From: Rhizomicrobium sp.
GTDB lineage: Bacteria > Pseudomonadota > Alphaproteobacteria > Micropepsales > Micropepsaceae
NCBI GenBank assembly: GCA_049964915.1
Contig: JBMFWV010000001.1
Span: 13,596 to 77,595, forward strand
Reading direction: 5' to 3'
Length of the DNA: 64,000 nt
Shown: piece after piece, positions 9,686-20,027 of the stretch
How positions within the stretch are numbered: the first letter of the stretch is position 1
Layout of the letters: each line of letters begins with the position of its first letter
Translations under genes and position numbers: made by a program
Notes under the pieces: generated by a model
What the model was told of the DNA's origin: nothing
Database searches by the model: none
What the model saw: only the letters and a program-made list of their open reading frames with translations

Positions 9686-12600
9686 ATGACACCTGAAAAC
9701 GCAATTCGCGCCGGATCCGCCGGCGCTGCCGCTGTCGCGTCTGACGAAGATACCAAGGCCACTGCATGCTTGCGCGCGGGCGCAGCCCTGATACCCGCGG
9801 CGCGGCGCGACCTTGCCGCGTTCTTTGACGACTTCTACGCGGGCGCCTCGCCACAGGATATCACCCGTTACACCCCGAAAAGTCTTGTGGAGCTCGCCGA
9901 GCGGGTGTTCGCGGCAACAACCCGCAGAGCCGAAGACGAAACACATGTCGAAATATTCGCGTTTCGCGCGGAGCGTGAGGACGGACCGGTCGATGAGACC
10001 GTGTTACTGGCCGTCAACGACGACCGGCCCTTTCTGTTCGACTCGCTGATCGGCGAGGTGAGCTCACAAGCCGCTCATATTCACGCCCTGTTTCATCCCA
10101 TCCTTACGACAGTACGCGATGACGCCGGACGGCGGGCTACCAGTGGGCGAAAGCTGCGCGAAAGCGTGATCGTGGTGGCGCTGGAAGCAACCACCGACGA
10201 ACAGCGCAAAGCCGCGCTCCTGCGCGGGGCCCAGGAGGTATTTTCCCAGGTACGCGTTGCCGTACGTGACTGGAAGGCGATGCAGACGCGCCTCGCAGAG
10301 ACCATAAGCACCCTGAAATCGGTACCGCCGGCGATCGCCTCCGATGAGTTCGCGGAAACCTTGTCCTTCCTTACCTGGCTGGGTGACAACCACTTCACCT
10401 TTCTGGGCTGTCGCGACTATGCCTATGACGAGGCTGCCGGCAGGCTAGATGCGATCGCCGACAGCGGTCTTGGAGTATTGAGCGATATCGAAGCACGGGT
10501 CATCCACAGGGGCGCTGATCGCGGCGCCCTGAGCCCGGATGTCCGTGAATTCCTCACGGCCCCCTCACCACTTATCATCACCAAATCCAACGAACGCAGC
10601 CTCGTGCACCGTCGTGTGGTGATGGATTACGTCGGTATCAAGATCTTTGATGCCGACGGGCGCCTGACCGGAGAGCGTCGTTTCGTTGGTCTGTTCACTT
10701 CAAGCGCCTATTCCCGGCGCCCCTCGGAAATCCCTCTGCTGCGTCTCAAGGTCCAACGCGTCAAGGCCCGGGCACCGCTGGCACCCGACAGCCACGACGG
10801 CAAGGCACTTTCACATATTCTGGATACCTTTCCGCGTGACGAGCTTTTCCAGGCGACTGAAGACGAAGTCTTCACCACGGCGATGGGTATCCTGCGACTG
10901 GGCGAGCGACCGCAGGTTCGGGTTTTTCTGCGTTTCGACCGCTTCGACCGCTTTGTGTCTGCGCTCGTGTTCGTGCCACGGGACCGCTATGACACTCATA
11001 TCCGGGAAAGTATCCATCAGCTCTTGGCGCGACGCTTCAACGGCCGCGTCACCGCGTCAACGCAGATCCTTGATGATTCCATGCTCGCGCGCGTGCATTA
11101 TATCGTCGGTCGTAACGAAGGTGCGCGCCCCGACGTCGAGCTGCACACCTTGGAAGCCGATATCCGCGCGGCGATCCGCACCTGGCAGGATGGCTTTGCC
11201 GACGCTCTTGCCAACGAACATGGCGAGGCCGAGGGGGGCCGTCTGGCGGCTCTCCATGTCCTGGCCTTCCCGCCACGCTATCGTGACGCATTTTCGCCTG
11301 AAGAGGCAGTTCGCGACCTCGATGAACTGCTTGATCTGGCCAAGCTGAAGGGCGATGCCGGCGTCCGCGCCCGTGCCTACCGCGCGGCACGCGATGAACA
11401 CGGCGCACTTAGACTTAAACTCTACGCGATCGGCTCGGTACTGCCACTTTCCGCCAGTCTTCCGGTCTTCGAAAATCTTGGCTTCCGCGTCATCGCCGAA
11501 GATTCCTACACCCTCGAACTCGATCTTGGTGACAGCAAAACCCCAGCAGCAGTTCTTGATTTCGAGATGATGCGTGCGGATGGCACCGCAGTTGATCTTG
11601 ATGCCATTAAGCAAAGGCTGGAGGATGCCTTCGACGCAGTGGTGTCAGATGTTGCCGAATCGGACGGTTTCAACCGGCTGGTCATTTCTGCCAACCTCTC
11701 ATGGCGTGATGTCACCATTCTGCGGGCGGTAGCCAAATATCTCCGCCAGGCCGGGATCACCTTCAGCCAGGACTATATGGAGGATGCGCTCGCTCGCAAT
11801 CCGGATATTGCCGGTCAGCTGGTGGAACTGTTCTGCACCCGTTTCGATCCGGCCCTCAGCAACAAGAACCGCAAGGAGCGCCAGAGCGACATTGAAAAGC
11901 GCATCGATGCGGCCCTGGCCGACGTTCCCAGTCTGGACGACGACCGGATTATTCGTCGCCTGCGCAATGTCATCGACTGCGCTTTGCGTACCAACTTTTT
12001 CCAGCGTGACGAGAACGGCGCCCCAAAGCCTTACCTGTCGATCAAGCTGGACAGCCGGCGCCTCGACGAGCTGCCCGCGCCGCGTCCGCTGGTGGAGATT
12101 ACCGTGTACTCGCCGCAGGTGGAGGGCGTGCATCTGCGTTTTGGCAAGGTGGCGCGCGGCGGCATACGCTGGTCAGACAGACGCGAAGACTTCCGTACCG
12201 AAATCCTCGGCCTGGTAAAGGCACAGCAGGTCAAAAATGCGGTCATCGTTCCGGTTGGTGCCAAGGGGGGCTTCTTCCCCAAGCGGCTGCCGCTCAATGC
12301 GACCCGCGAAGCGGTACAGGCTGCAGCGATCGAGGCTTACCGAACCTTTATTGATGCGCTTCTGGACCTCACCGACAACATCGATCATGCCGGCCACGTA
12401 GAGCCACCCTGCGATGTTGTCCGCTGTGACGACGACGATCCCTACCTTGTGGTTGCCGCCGACAAGGGTACAGCCACGTTTTCCGATATCGCCAACGCCA
12501 TTGCTGAGGCGCGTGGCTTCTGGCTTGGCGACGCCTTTGCCTCGGGAGGCAGCCATGGCTACGACCACAAAAAAATGGGCATTACGGCGCGTGGCGCCTG

Positions 12601-14563
12601 GGAAGCTGTCAAACGTCATTTCCGTGAACTGGGGCGAGACATCCAGAATGAGGCGTTTACTGTCGTCGGCGTTGGCGACATGTCAGGCGACGTGTTTGGC
12701 AATGGCATGCTCCTGTCCAAGTGCACGCGTCTTAAAGCAGCATTTGATCACCGCCACATTTTTCTCGATCCGGATCCGGATCCGATCACCTCTTACGCTG
12801 AGCGCCAAAGGCTGTTCGCGCTGCAACGCTCGTCCTGGGCTGACTATGATACCTCTCTGATTTCTCCAGGTGGTGGAGTTTATGCCCGTACGGTCAAGGA
12901 AATCGTGCTCAGCGCGCAGGCGAAGTCCTTGCTGGGGGTTACGGCCGAACGGCTGTCGCCACCGGAACTGATACGCGCCATCCTGAAGGCGGATGTCGAT
13001 CTTCTCTGGTTCGGTGGCATCGGCACCTACATCAAGGCCTCTTCGCAGCACAATCTCGATGTCGGCGACCGGGCCAATGACGCCCTCAGGGTCAATGGCC
13101 GCGAGGTACGCGCCAAGGTGATTGGTGAAGGCGCTAATCTTGGCGTCACCCAGCTCGGCCGCGTTGAATATGCCTTGCAGGGTGGGCGCATCAATACCGA
13201 CGCCATCGACAATTCCGCCGGGGTTGATACCTCTGATCATGAAGTCAATCTCAAAATCCTGTTTTCCGGCCCGTTGCGGCGCGCAGAGCTCAACCAGAAA
13301 GAGCGCGATGAAATCCTCTCGGACCTTACCGAAGAGGTGGCCCGACATGTGCTGCAGGACAATTACGATCAACCCCTGGCACTTTCGGTGGCACAGGCCC
13401 GTGGGCCAAAGGACTTTGATGCCTGCAGTCGTCTGATGCGCGATCTGGAACGACGCGGCAAGCTCGACCGGGCAGTTGAGTTCCTGCCTGACGATGAGGG
13501 GTTGCGCAAACGACTGGCAGATAATCAGCTGTTCACGCGACCCGAACTTGCGGTTCTGCTCGCTTATGCCAAGCTCGACCTCGCGGCCGAGATCAACGCC
13601 TCAAGCTTGCCTGATGAACCGTTTTTTGCCGCGGAGCTGCAAAGCTATTTCCCGCCGCAGCTAGTAGAGCGCTTCCGCCACGAGATGGAGCACCATCGTC
13701 TACGCCGCGAAATCGTTACCGACGTGCTGACCAACCGCATCGTCAATCTGGCCGGTCCGGTTTTCATCCATCGTCTCAAGGAGATTTCCGGAGCGCCGGC
13801 GGCTCGTGCAGCCCACGCCTTTGCCCTGGCCGATGGCGCATTTGGCCTTTCTGGACTCAAAAGCCGAATTGGTACACTCGACTACAAGGTCGCTAGCGAC
13901 ATCCAGATCTCCGCAATCTGTGACATCACAGATCTGTTGCGACGTCTCGGCCTCTGGTTCGTGATGAACGTGCCGGAAACTGCAGATCTTGCCCAATGTG
14001 TCCAGCAGTACCGTGATGGGGTGAAGACGCTGACCGGTACCTTTGAAACCCTGGTTTCCGATTTTGAGGCTATGGCCACCGAACAGCGCATCAGCGATCT
14101 CGAAGCTGCTGGCGTGCCACATGCACTGGCCGAGGATATCGCGGTACTACCGCTGCTCAGTGCCGCCCCGGAAATCGTTCATCTAGCCCACACGCGGGAT
14201 CTTTCGATCGATCTTGTCGCTGGAGCCTATTTTGCAACCGGTGAGATCATTGGCTTGGATCGGCTGCGCAGCCTCGCCCTGCGCATCAATGCGAGCGAAC
14301 ATTGGGACCGACTCGCAATCCGGCGCATCGTCGATGACCTCTATGCCGGACAGCGGGCACTGACCGCCAAGGTGCTCTCCAACGGGGATCGGAGAGATGG
14401 CGATCGCGCCGCCGGCGCCGCAGCAGCCGAGGCCTGGGCGGGCCTCAATGCGGACGCCGTGAACCGGACGCGGAATTTTCTTGCCGAGCTTGAACGGACA
14501 GGAGACTTGTCCATCGCCAAGCTAACGCTCGCAAACAGCCAGCTGCATTCACTGGCCGGCTGA
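9686..14563 (+). CDS. gdhB: Large (about 1600 aa) NAD-specific glutamate dehydrogenase
   Basis: DDRPFLFDS, RFVGLFTS, GVHLRFGKVARGGIRWSDRREDFRTEILGLVKAQQVKN, YLVVAADKGTATFSD, GDMSGDVFGNGML, GEGANLG, NTDAIDNSAGVDTSDHEVNLKI. Confidence 0.96.
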   Translation: MTPENAIRAGSAGAAAVASDEDTKATACLRAGAALIPAARRDLAAFFDDFYAGASPQDITRYTPKSLVELAERVFAATTRRAEDETHVEIFAFRAEREDGPVDETVLLAVNDDRPFLFDSLIGEVSSQAAHIHALFHPILTTVRDDAGRRATSGRKLRESVIVVALEATTDEQRKAALLRGAQEVFSQVRVAVRDWKAMQTRLAETISTLKSVPPAIASDEFAETLSFLTWLGDNHFTFLGCRDYAYDEAAGRLDAIADSGLGVLSDIEARVIHRGADRGALSPDVREFLTAPSPLIITKSNERSLVHRRVVMDYVGIKIFDADGRLTGERRFVGLFTSSAYSRRPSEIPLLRLKVQRVKARAPLAPDSHDGKALSHILDTFPRDELFQATEDEVFTTAMGILRLGERPQVRVFLRFDRFDRFVSALVFVPRDRYDTHIRESIHQLLARRFNGRVTASTQILDDSMLARVHYIVGRNEGARPDVELHTLEADIRAAIRTWQDGFADALANEHGEAEGGRLAALHVLAFPPRYRDAFSPEEAVRDLDELLDLAKLKGDAGVRARAYRAARDEHGALRLKLYAIGSVLPLSASLPVFENLGFRVIAEDSYTLELDLGDSKTPAAVLDFEMMRADGTAVDLDAIKQRLEDAFDAVVSDVAESDGFNRLVISANLSWRDVTILRAVAKYLRQAGITFSQDYMEDALARNPDIAGQLVELFCTRFDPALSNKNRKERQSDIEKRIDAALADVPSLDDDRIIRRLRNVIDCALRTNFFQRDENGAPKPYLSIKLDSRRLDELPAPRPLVEITVYSPQVEGVHLRFGKVARGGIRWSDRREDFRTEILGLVKAQQVKNAVIVPVGAKGGFFPKRLPLNATREAVQAAAIEAYRTFIDALLDLTDNIDHAGHVEPPCDVVRCDDDDPYLVVAADKGTATFSDIANAIAEARGFWLGDAFASGGSHGYDHKKMGITARGAWEAVKRHFRELGRDIQNEAFTVVGVGDMSGDVFGNGMLLSKCTRLKAAFDHRHIFLDPDPDPITSYAERQRLFALQRSSWADYDTSLISPGGGVYARTVKEIVLSAQAKSLLGVTAERLSPPELIRAILKADVDLLWFGGIGTYIKASSQHNLDVGDRANDALRVNGREVRAKVIGEGANLGVTQLGRVEYALQGGRINTDAIDNSAGVDTSDHEVNLKILFSGPLRRAELNQKERDEILSDLTEEVARHVLQDNYDQPLALSVAQARGPKDFDACSRLMRDLERRGKLDRAVEFLPDDEGLRKRLADNQLFTRPELAVLLAYAKLDLAAEINASSLPDEPFFAAELQSYFPPQLVERFRHEMEHHRLRREIVTDVLTNRIVNLAGPVFIHRLKEISGAPAARAAHAFALADGAFGLSGLKSRIGTLDYKVASDIQISAICDITDLLRRLGLWFVMNVPETADLAQCVQQYRDGVKTLTGTFETLVSDFEAMATEQRISDLEAAGVPHALAEDIAVLPLLSAAPEIVHLAHTRDLSIDLVAGAYFATGEIIGLDRLRSLALRINASEHWDRLAIRRIVDDLYAGQRALTAKVLSNGDRRDGDRAAGAAAAEAWAGLNADAVNRTRNFLAELERTGDLSIAKLTLANSQLHSLAG

Positions 14564-14580
14564 GCGGCACTAAAGCGTGA

Positions 14581-14611
14581 CCCAGCGTGCAGACGCCGTC
14601 TGCACGCTGGG
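14581..14611. terminator. Perfect 14-bp hairpin between convergent genes
   Basis: CCCAGCGTGCAGAC-GCC-GTCTGCACGCTGGG. Confidence 0.65.
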
Positions 14612-14639
14612 ACATAATTTAGTGGGATGACGTCAAGGC

Positions 14640-15419
14640 CTAACGTGGCGCCATGCGGATGGCACCATCCAGACGTACGCATTCGCCGTTGAAATAGCCA
14701 TTTTCCAGCATCTGAAGCGCCAGAGAGGCATATTCAACCGGATTGCCGAGCCGTGGCGGGAACGGCACCTGTGCGGCAAGGGCTTGTTTGACCTGTTCGG
14801 GGGCACCGGCCAAGAGCGGAGTATTGAACAGTCCGGGCATAATCGTATTGCAGCGTATGCCTTCTTGCGCGAGATCGCGGGCGACCACCAGCGTAACCGC
14901 GTTCACCCCGCCTTTGGAGGCGGAATAGGCGGCCTGCCCGATCTGACCATCCTGAGCGGCGACGCTCGCGGTGTTGACGATCGCACCTCGCTCACCCTGG
15001 ATCGGCTCCAGCGTCAGCATTCCTGCTGCACTCAGTGCAATGCAGCGATAGGTTCCGACAAGATTGATCTGGATGATGCGGTCGAAATCCTTGGCGGCGA
15101 AATGCTTGATCTCGCCCGTCTTCTTGTCCCGGCTCGCCGTCTTGACGGCATTACCGGTACCGGCGCAGTTGACGAGGATCCGCTCCTGGCCATGACGCTC
15201 GCGGGCTTTGGCAAAGCCGGCCTGGACGCTCTCGTCCGAAGTGACATTGACTTCGCAGAAGACGCCGCCGATTTCGGAGGCAACTTTTTCGCCTTTTTCC
15301 TTCTGCAGGTCGAAGATGGCGACACGCACGCCCTTGGCTGCCAATGCGCGTGCGGTGGCCTCACCTAAACCGGAAGCACCACCGGTAATGACGGCGGCGA
15401 TCGAAGAATTCAGTTCCAT
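14640..15419 (-). CDS. SDR oxidoreductase, 3-hydroxyacyl-CoA dehydrogenase type II-like
   Basis: TGGASGLG, NCAG, VNTASVAAQDGQIGQAAYSASKGG, LDGAIRMAPR; start MELNSS at 15419. Confidence 0.92.
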   Translation of the reverse strand: MELNSSIAAVITGGASGLGEATARALAAKGVRVAIFDLQKEKGEKVASEIGGVFCEVNVTSDESVQAGFAKARERHGQERILVNCAGTGNAVKTASRDKKTGEIKHFAAKDFDRIIQINLVGTYRCIALSAAGMLTLEPIQGERGAIVNTASVAAQDGQIGQAAYSASKGGVNAVTLVVARDLAQEGIRCNTIMPGLFNTPLLAGAPEQVKQALAAQVPFPPRLGNPVEYASLALQMLENGYFNGECVRLDGAIRMAPR

Positions 15420-15582
15420 GTGCGTGGGTTCCTTGCTGTGCTGCGCTCCGATCAATGTCATAGACCGCACCTGAGGCCAAAGAAAAGGCTGTCCTAAAGG
15501 CAGCTTTACGGCCTTCAGAAGAAGTCCAGCGGGTAGAGAGGGCTGGCAGTTGCGCGTCCGCAGCCGCCTTCAAGGACACAGG

Positions 15583-16221
15583 TCAGCGGCCTTCCGATAG
15601 CTTGGTTCGAACCGGTCCTGGCACCGCCCCGACGTCGGTAGCGGCCAGCGGAGAGATAAACTCGATCGCAATGCCACGATCGAGATGCTGTGCGACACGT
15701 CCGGCCATCTGCCCGATGATCACCCTTTCGCCTATCGGAGGGCGGTCATCGCTCAACAGCAAAACACCACGTAAGGACAGGTCGGTCACCTCACATTCGA
15801 CGACCTGGCCATTGCCGCGAGTGTAGCGGGCGAGACTGCGCAGCAGTCGCGGCGCAGATTGAGCAAGAATGTCCTCATCAATCCGGTCGCGATTGAGGTA
15901 CAGGGTCAGCCGTTCAGCGATGCGCTCGCGCTTGAGCGTGGAGCAGGTAAATTGGACGCCAAAATCGCCACCCCAGAGCCGCACAACGGTTCCTTCGAAG
16001 CGACCAAAATCACCGACATAAAGAATTACGGTGATCCCCGCGGTTAAGGGCGTTTCGGCCCCAATCCGTGCACCGCCAGGCGACAGGTCGAAGATGTGAC
16101 ATGGCGTCTCGCTTTGGGCATCGGGCAGAAACAATTTGCCCGCAATATTGAGATCAACGCGCCGATAGCGCCTGCGATCGGCGCGTGCCCGGTCAATCAC
16201 CCTGTCCCGATCGATCTTCAT
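15583..16221 (-). CDS. Tandem PilZ-domain protein
   Basis: First domain RRRYRR...DLSPGG; second domain DLSLRG. Confidence 0.85.
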   Translation of the reverse strand: MKIDRDRVIDRARADRRRYRRVDLNIAGKLFLPDAQSETPCHIFDLSPGGARIGAETPLTAGITVILYVGDFGRFEGTVVRLWGGDFGVQFTCSTLKRERIAERLTLYLNRDRIDEDILAQSAPRLLRSLARYTRGNGQVVECEVTDLSLRGVLLLSDDRPPIGERVIIGQMAGRVAQHLDRGIAIEFISPLAATDVGAVPGPVRTKLSEGR

Positions 16222-16409
16222 CGCTGAATGACCCCTTCCCGGCGTGGCAGCGGCAGCACAAGGCTAAGGGGCGAACCTCAATGCCCGGTTTACGTCGGCG
16301 CTACAATCCTCGCGATCGTGGCGGTCCGGCTCCCCCTTACCCTGCACCGCTGCCTTGGGCTATAGGGGGCAGAGGTCCGGCGGGCCAGGTCAGATTGGGA
16401 GTAGCCATT

Positions 16410-17015
16410 ATGGTGTTGCGTTATCGGCTCGCTGCGGGCCTTGCCGTTGCCGGAATCCTTGCGGGCTGCGCGGGCCGCACCCCCTACGAGCAGCTAATGG
16501 CGGCAAAACCAACCGGGTCGGCCTTTTCCCACGCGCTGTATCACGAATATGCGAGGCTGGCTCAGTCCTTACACATCTCGGAGCTACCCGGCCGCACCGC
16601 CTTCGACGCCCGTGGCTCGATCTCACTTTCGCCGGTTTCGCCGAGCGAGGCCCGGCTGGCCATCCATTATGCGCAAAAGGCAGAATCCGCCGCGATCGGC
16701 GAGGAACCCTTGCCCGTGGAATCCCCCGCCGACGACCCCGTTGCAGAAAACGTGCGTCTGGAGCTGCTGAGCATGTTGAGTAGACAGCGGAACAAGACCC
16801 CCCTGGCCGCGGCCCGGGCCCAGGCCAATTATGATTGCTGGATCCTGGATGCGCCCATTGCGGCGCTGGCCGCCACCAGTCGGTCCTGCCACACCGCGCT
16901 TCTTGCCGAACTCACCCGCCTACGTGAGGTTCAGGACACAGCGAAAACTGGAGCCAAAGCAGCCCCAGCCGCCCCCCCTCTCACCACGAAGAAGCTCCCG
17001 ACTCCGGGCAAATAG
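16410..17015 (+). CDS. Lipoprotein resembling the N-terminal region of alphaproteobacterial OmpA-family proteins, without an OmpA domain
   Basis: Lipobox LAGC; GSAFSHALYHEY...YAQKA...AARAQANYDCW; ends in an Ala/Pro/Lys tail. Confidence 0.6.
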   Translation: MVLRYRLAAGLAVAGILAGCAGRTPYEQLMAAKPTGSAFSHALYHEYARLAQSLHISELPGRTAFDARGSISLSPVSPSEARLAIHYAQKAESAAIGEEPLPVESPADDPVAENVRLELLSMLSRQRNKTPLAAARAQANYDCWILDAPIAALAATSRSCHTALLAELTRLREVQDTAKTGAKAAPAAPPLTTKKLPTPGK

Positions 17016-17081
17016 CAAATCCGCGACACAGGCGTCAGCTTTGGCTAAAGTGCAGGCGTATCATTCCTGCCAAGGCCAGCC

Positions 17082-18728
17082 ATGAAAGCATTTGATTATG
17101 TGATTGTCGGTGCGGGTAGCGCCGGCTGCGTTCTTGCCAATCGCCTGTCCGCCGACGGTAGCGCCCAAGTCCTGCTACTCGAGGCCGGCGGTCCTGACAA
17201 ATCGCTCATGATACACATGCCGGCAGGGATCCCTGCCCTCTTGGGCAAGCCCAATCCACACAACTGGTATTTTGACACCGAAGGCCAGCCCCACCTGGAA
17301 GGCCGACGGCTCTACTGGCCCCGCGGCAAGGGCTGGGGTGGCTCGTCATCCATCAATGGCATGATCTACATCCGCGGCCATTCCCGCGACTATGACCGCT
17401 GGCGCCAAGAGGGTTGCGAAGGGTGGTCCTTTGCCGATGTGCTGCCTTACTTCAAGCGGGCGGAGAACTATGAATCCGGAGGCGATGATTTTCACGGCGA
17501 TGCCGGCCCGCTGCATGTCTCCAATGGCCGTTCCACCAATCCCCTGTTCCGCACCTTCATCGAAGCGGGTGTCGAGGCTGGTCATAAAAGGACCTCGGAT
17601 TTCAACGGCTTTCAGCAGGAAGGCTTCGGCCCCTATCAGCTGACCATTCATGAAGGCCGGCGCTGGAGTGCCGCGAGCGCCTATCTGCGTCCCGCCCTGA
17701 AGCGTCCGAATCTGACTGTGCAAAGCCATGCCCTGGTCAGCCGCATACTGTTTGAAGGCACCAAGGCAATCGGGATTGAATATGTGCAGCGGGGCGAGGT
17801 CGTCCAGGTGCACGCCAACCAGGAAATCCTTCTGTGCGGCGGCGCCGTCAACTCACCACAGACCCTTCTTCTTTCCGGGATCGGCGACGAGCAGGTCCTG
17901 CGCAACTTCAACATTCCTGTGGTCGCCCACCTACCGGGAGTTGGACGCAATCTCCAGGATCATCTGGATTGCTCCGTACAGTATGAATGCAAGCTGCCGA
18001 TTACCCTTTACAGCCAGTCCAACCCTCTGGCCGCGGCCAAGACCGGGCTCCAATACTTGCTTTTCGGCACTGGACTTGCCGCCGGGCAGGGCCTGGAATC
18101 GGGCGCTTTTCTCAAAAGCCGGCCAGACCTTGAAACCCCCGATTTGCAGTTTCACTTCATTTCGGCGCTCATGTTCGATCATACCCGCAAGAAGGCGGAC
18201 CGCCACGGCTTCATGGCACATGTCTGTCAGCTGCGACCGGAAAGCCGCGGCTACATCTCGATCCGTTCGACCGATCCCTCCGCGCCGCCGATCATCCAAC
18301 CGAATTACCTGGAAGCCGAGGAGGATCGCCGCGCCCTGCGTGAGGGCGTTCGGTTGGCCCGTGATGTCTTTGCCCAGCCTGCGTTCGATCCGTATCGCGG
18401 CCCCGAACTGATGCCCGGAGCCCACGTTCAGAGCGACGAACTGCTGGACGCCTTTATCCGGAAGACCGCCGAAACAATCTACCACCCGGTAGGAAGCGCC
18501 AAAATGGGGCGTGGCGAGGATTGTGTGGTTGATCCCAAACTCAAGGTCCACGGCATCGAAGGTCTGCGCGTGGTCGACGCCTCAGTGATGCCAAATCTGG
18601 TTTCAGGCAACACCAACGCGCCGACGATCATGATTGCCGAAAAGGCTGCTGACCTTATTTTGGGGCGGGCGGCACCGGCCTCCCAAGCAGTTCGTGTGGC
18701 GGAGGACCTGGAACACAGCGCCGCTTGA
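17082..18728 (+). CDS. GMC family flavin oxidoreductase (choline dehydrogenase-like)
   Basis: VGAGSAG, WPRGKGWGGSSSINGMIYIRG, GVGRNLQDH, YHPVGSAKMG, SGNTNAPTIMIAEK. Confidence 0.93.
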   Translation: MKAFDYVIVGAGSAGCVLANRLSADGSAQVLLLEAGGPDKSLMIHMPAGIPALLGKPNPHNWYFDTEGQPHLEGRRLYWPRGKGWGGSSSINGMIYIRGHSRDYDRWRQEGCEGWSFADVLPYFKRAENYESGGDDFHGDAGPLHVSNGRSTNPLFRTFIEAGVEAGHKRTSDFNGFQQEGFGPYQLTIHEGRRWSAASAYLRPALKRPNLTVQSHALVSRILFEGTKAIGIEYVQRGEVVQVHANQEILLCGGAVNSPQTLLLSGIGDEQVLRNFNIPVVAHLPGVGRNLQDHLDCSVQYECKLPITLYSQSNPLAAAKTGLQYLLFGTGLAAGQGLESGAFLKSRPDLETPDLQFHFISALMFDHTRKKADRHGFMAHVCQLRPESRGYISIRSTDPSAPPIIQPNYLEAEEDRRALREGVRLARDVFAQPAFDPYRGPELMPGAHVQSDELLDAFIRKTAETIYHPVGSAKMGRGEDCVVDPKLKVHGIEGLRVVDASVMPNLVSGNTNAPTIMIAEKAADLILGRAAPASQAVRVAEDLEHSAA

Positions 18729-18851
18729 AGCCGTTCTGGTTATGCTAACCTAAGTTGCGGCAACATGCCGGCTGTGGCGCGGTTCCCACAGCCGGACGCT
18801 TTTATTCCAACACGCTTTCCGTTCTACCGTCATCGGCGTTAGGCTATATCC

Positions 18852-19196
18852 ATGAAAAAGTTCCTGACTCTTCTTGTTCTCCTGCTGATGCCTGCGACGG
18901 CTTTGGCTCAGACCCCGCCTACATCCTACAGTCTACCCGACATGAATTTCGACATGTGGTGTCAGGAAACCATGCATTATTCGCCGCATCGCTGTGACCT
19001 GCGCCTGCCGCGCGACAACAAGAGGTTTGACAAATATCGCTCCGTCGTCGAGCACTTCGAGCTTCTACGTCTGAAGAACCGCCGCGCTGAAGAAGAACGC
19101 AACCAGGTCATCATGCACAATCACAGCCTCGACAGTCCGGGCAACAATGTGCCGACGCTTCCTGGTTCGGCCGGCACAATCCCCAATCCCCACTGA
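18852..19196 (+). CDS. Hypothetical exported protein with a Cys pair
   Basis: Signal peptide MKKFLTLLVLLLMPATALA; FDMWCQE...RCDLR. Confidence 0.7.
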   Translation: MKKFLTLLVLLLMPATALAQTPPTSYSLPDMNFDMWCQETMHYSPHRCDLRLPRDNKRFDKYRSVVEHFELLRLKNRRAEEERNQVIMHNHSLDSPGNNVPTLPGSAGTIPNPH

Positions 19197-19203
19197 CACG
19201 GTA

Positions 19204-19923
19204 TCACGATTGCAAGCCGTTGATTGGCTGTGTGCGATTGCCGTAGAGCACGCGCACAAGACGTTCCATATCGCTTTCGGCATCATTGACCGGCTCCATA
19301 TCCGGCTCTGACGGTGGGGCGGGTATGTGATCGATGACAAGACGCAGATGCGGTGCCCGCGCCGGGCCAGAAGCGTCGGCAAAGTGCAAAGCCGGCCTGC
19401 GCCGCGGCGGCTCCATGGCCAACAATGGCTCATCCTCCTGTACCAACTGCGCATCGGTCAGACGCTGGAAGGCGATCGGCTTATCGGTCAGCTGCGCGCC
19501 ATCACCTAGAATTTGCACCATACCAACGAAGCGCGTGGCCTCTCCCCCGCCAAAGGACACCGGTGCCAGCAAGGTCTCCATTTCGACCACACTCGCCTGC
19601 GGACTCGTACCGAAAGAAGACAAACAAAGAGGCTGGTGGGTCTGCAGGGCCTGCACCAGGAGCGCGGCGAGCTCACGACGCGACCGGACCTCCCAACCAG
19701 CGAGAAAATTGGTACCGCGCAATTCCGAGCCGTGACGTTCGCACAATTGTGTGCCGGCCAGCCGATAGAGTGGACGGGAGGGATCCAGCGCATCAAGAAT
19801 GAGCATATCGGGCAGCATGCGTTTCAGCGCCCTGGGATCAATGTCCGATTGATCCGGAATGGGACGACCTTTGCGTAATCTGCTCCAATACCCCACGAGC
19901 AGATGCGAATTACGATGCTTCAT
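19204..19923 (-). CDS. PAS_5 (DUF1457) domain protein
   Basis: LVGYWSRLR...PDQSDIDP...YRLAGTQLC...ELRG; start MKHRNSH at 19923. Confidence 0.85.
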   Translation of the reverse strand: MKHRNSHLLVGYWSRLRKGRPIPDQSDIDPRALKRMLPDMLILDALDPSRPLYRLAGTQLCERHGSELRGTNFLAGWEVRSRRELAALLVQALQTHQPLCLSSFGTSPQASVVEMETLLAPVSFGGGEATRFVGMVQILGDGAQLTDKPIAFQRLTDAQLVQEDEPLLAMEPPRRRPALHFADASGPARAPHLRLVIDHIPAPPSEPDMEPVNDAESDMERLVRVLYGNRTQPINGLQS

Positions 19924-20027
19924 ATGCTTCCTCCGGTCTTTTCTGTCCGCACTGGCCCAAAATGAGACGCCGATGCGCGGGCTTTGAACAAACGGAGCAG
20001 ACTTCGTGCCAGAACTAACAGAAGATA

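Noticed and set aside
10930-10955. Short tandem repeats in gdhB (RFDRFDRF here; DPDPD near 12765)
   Set aside because: In-frame protein motifs usual for this family, not contingency repeats.
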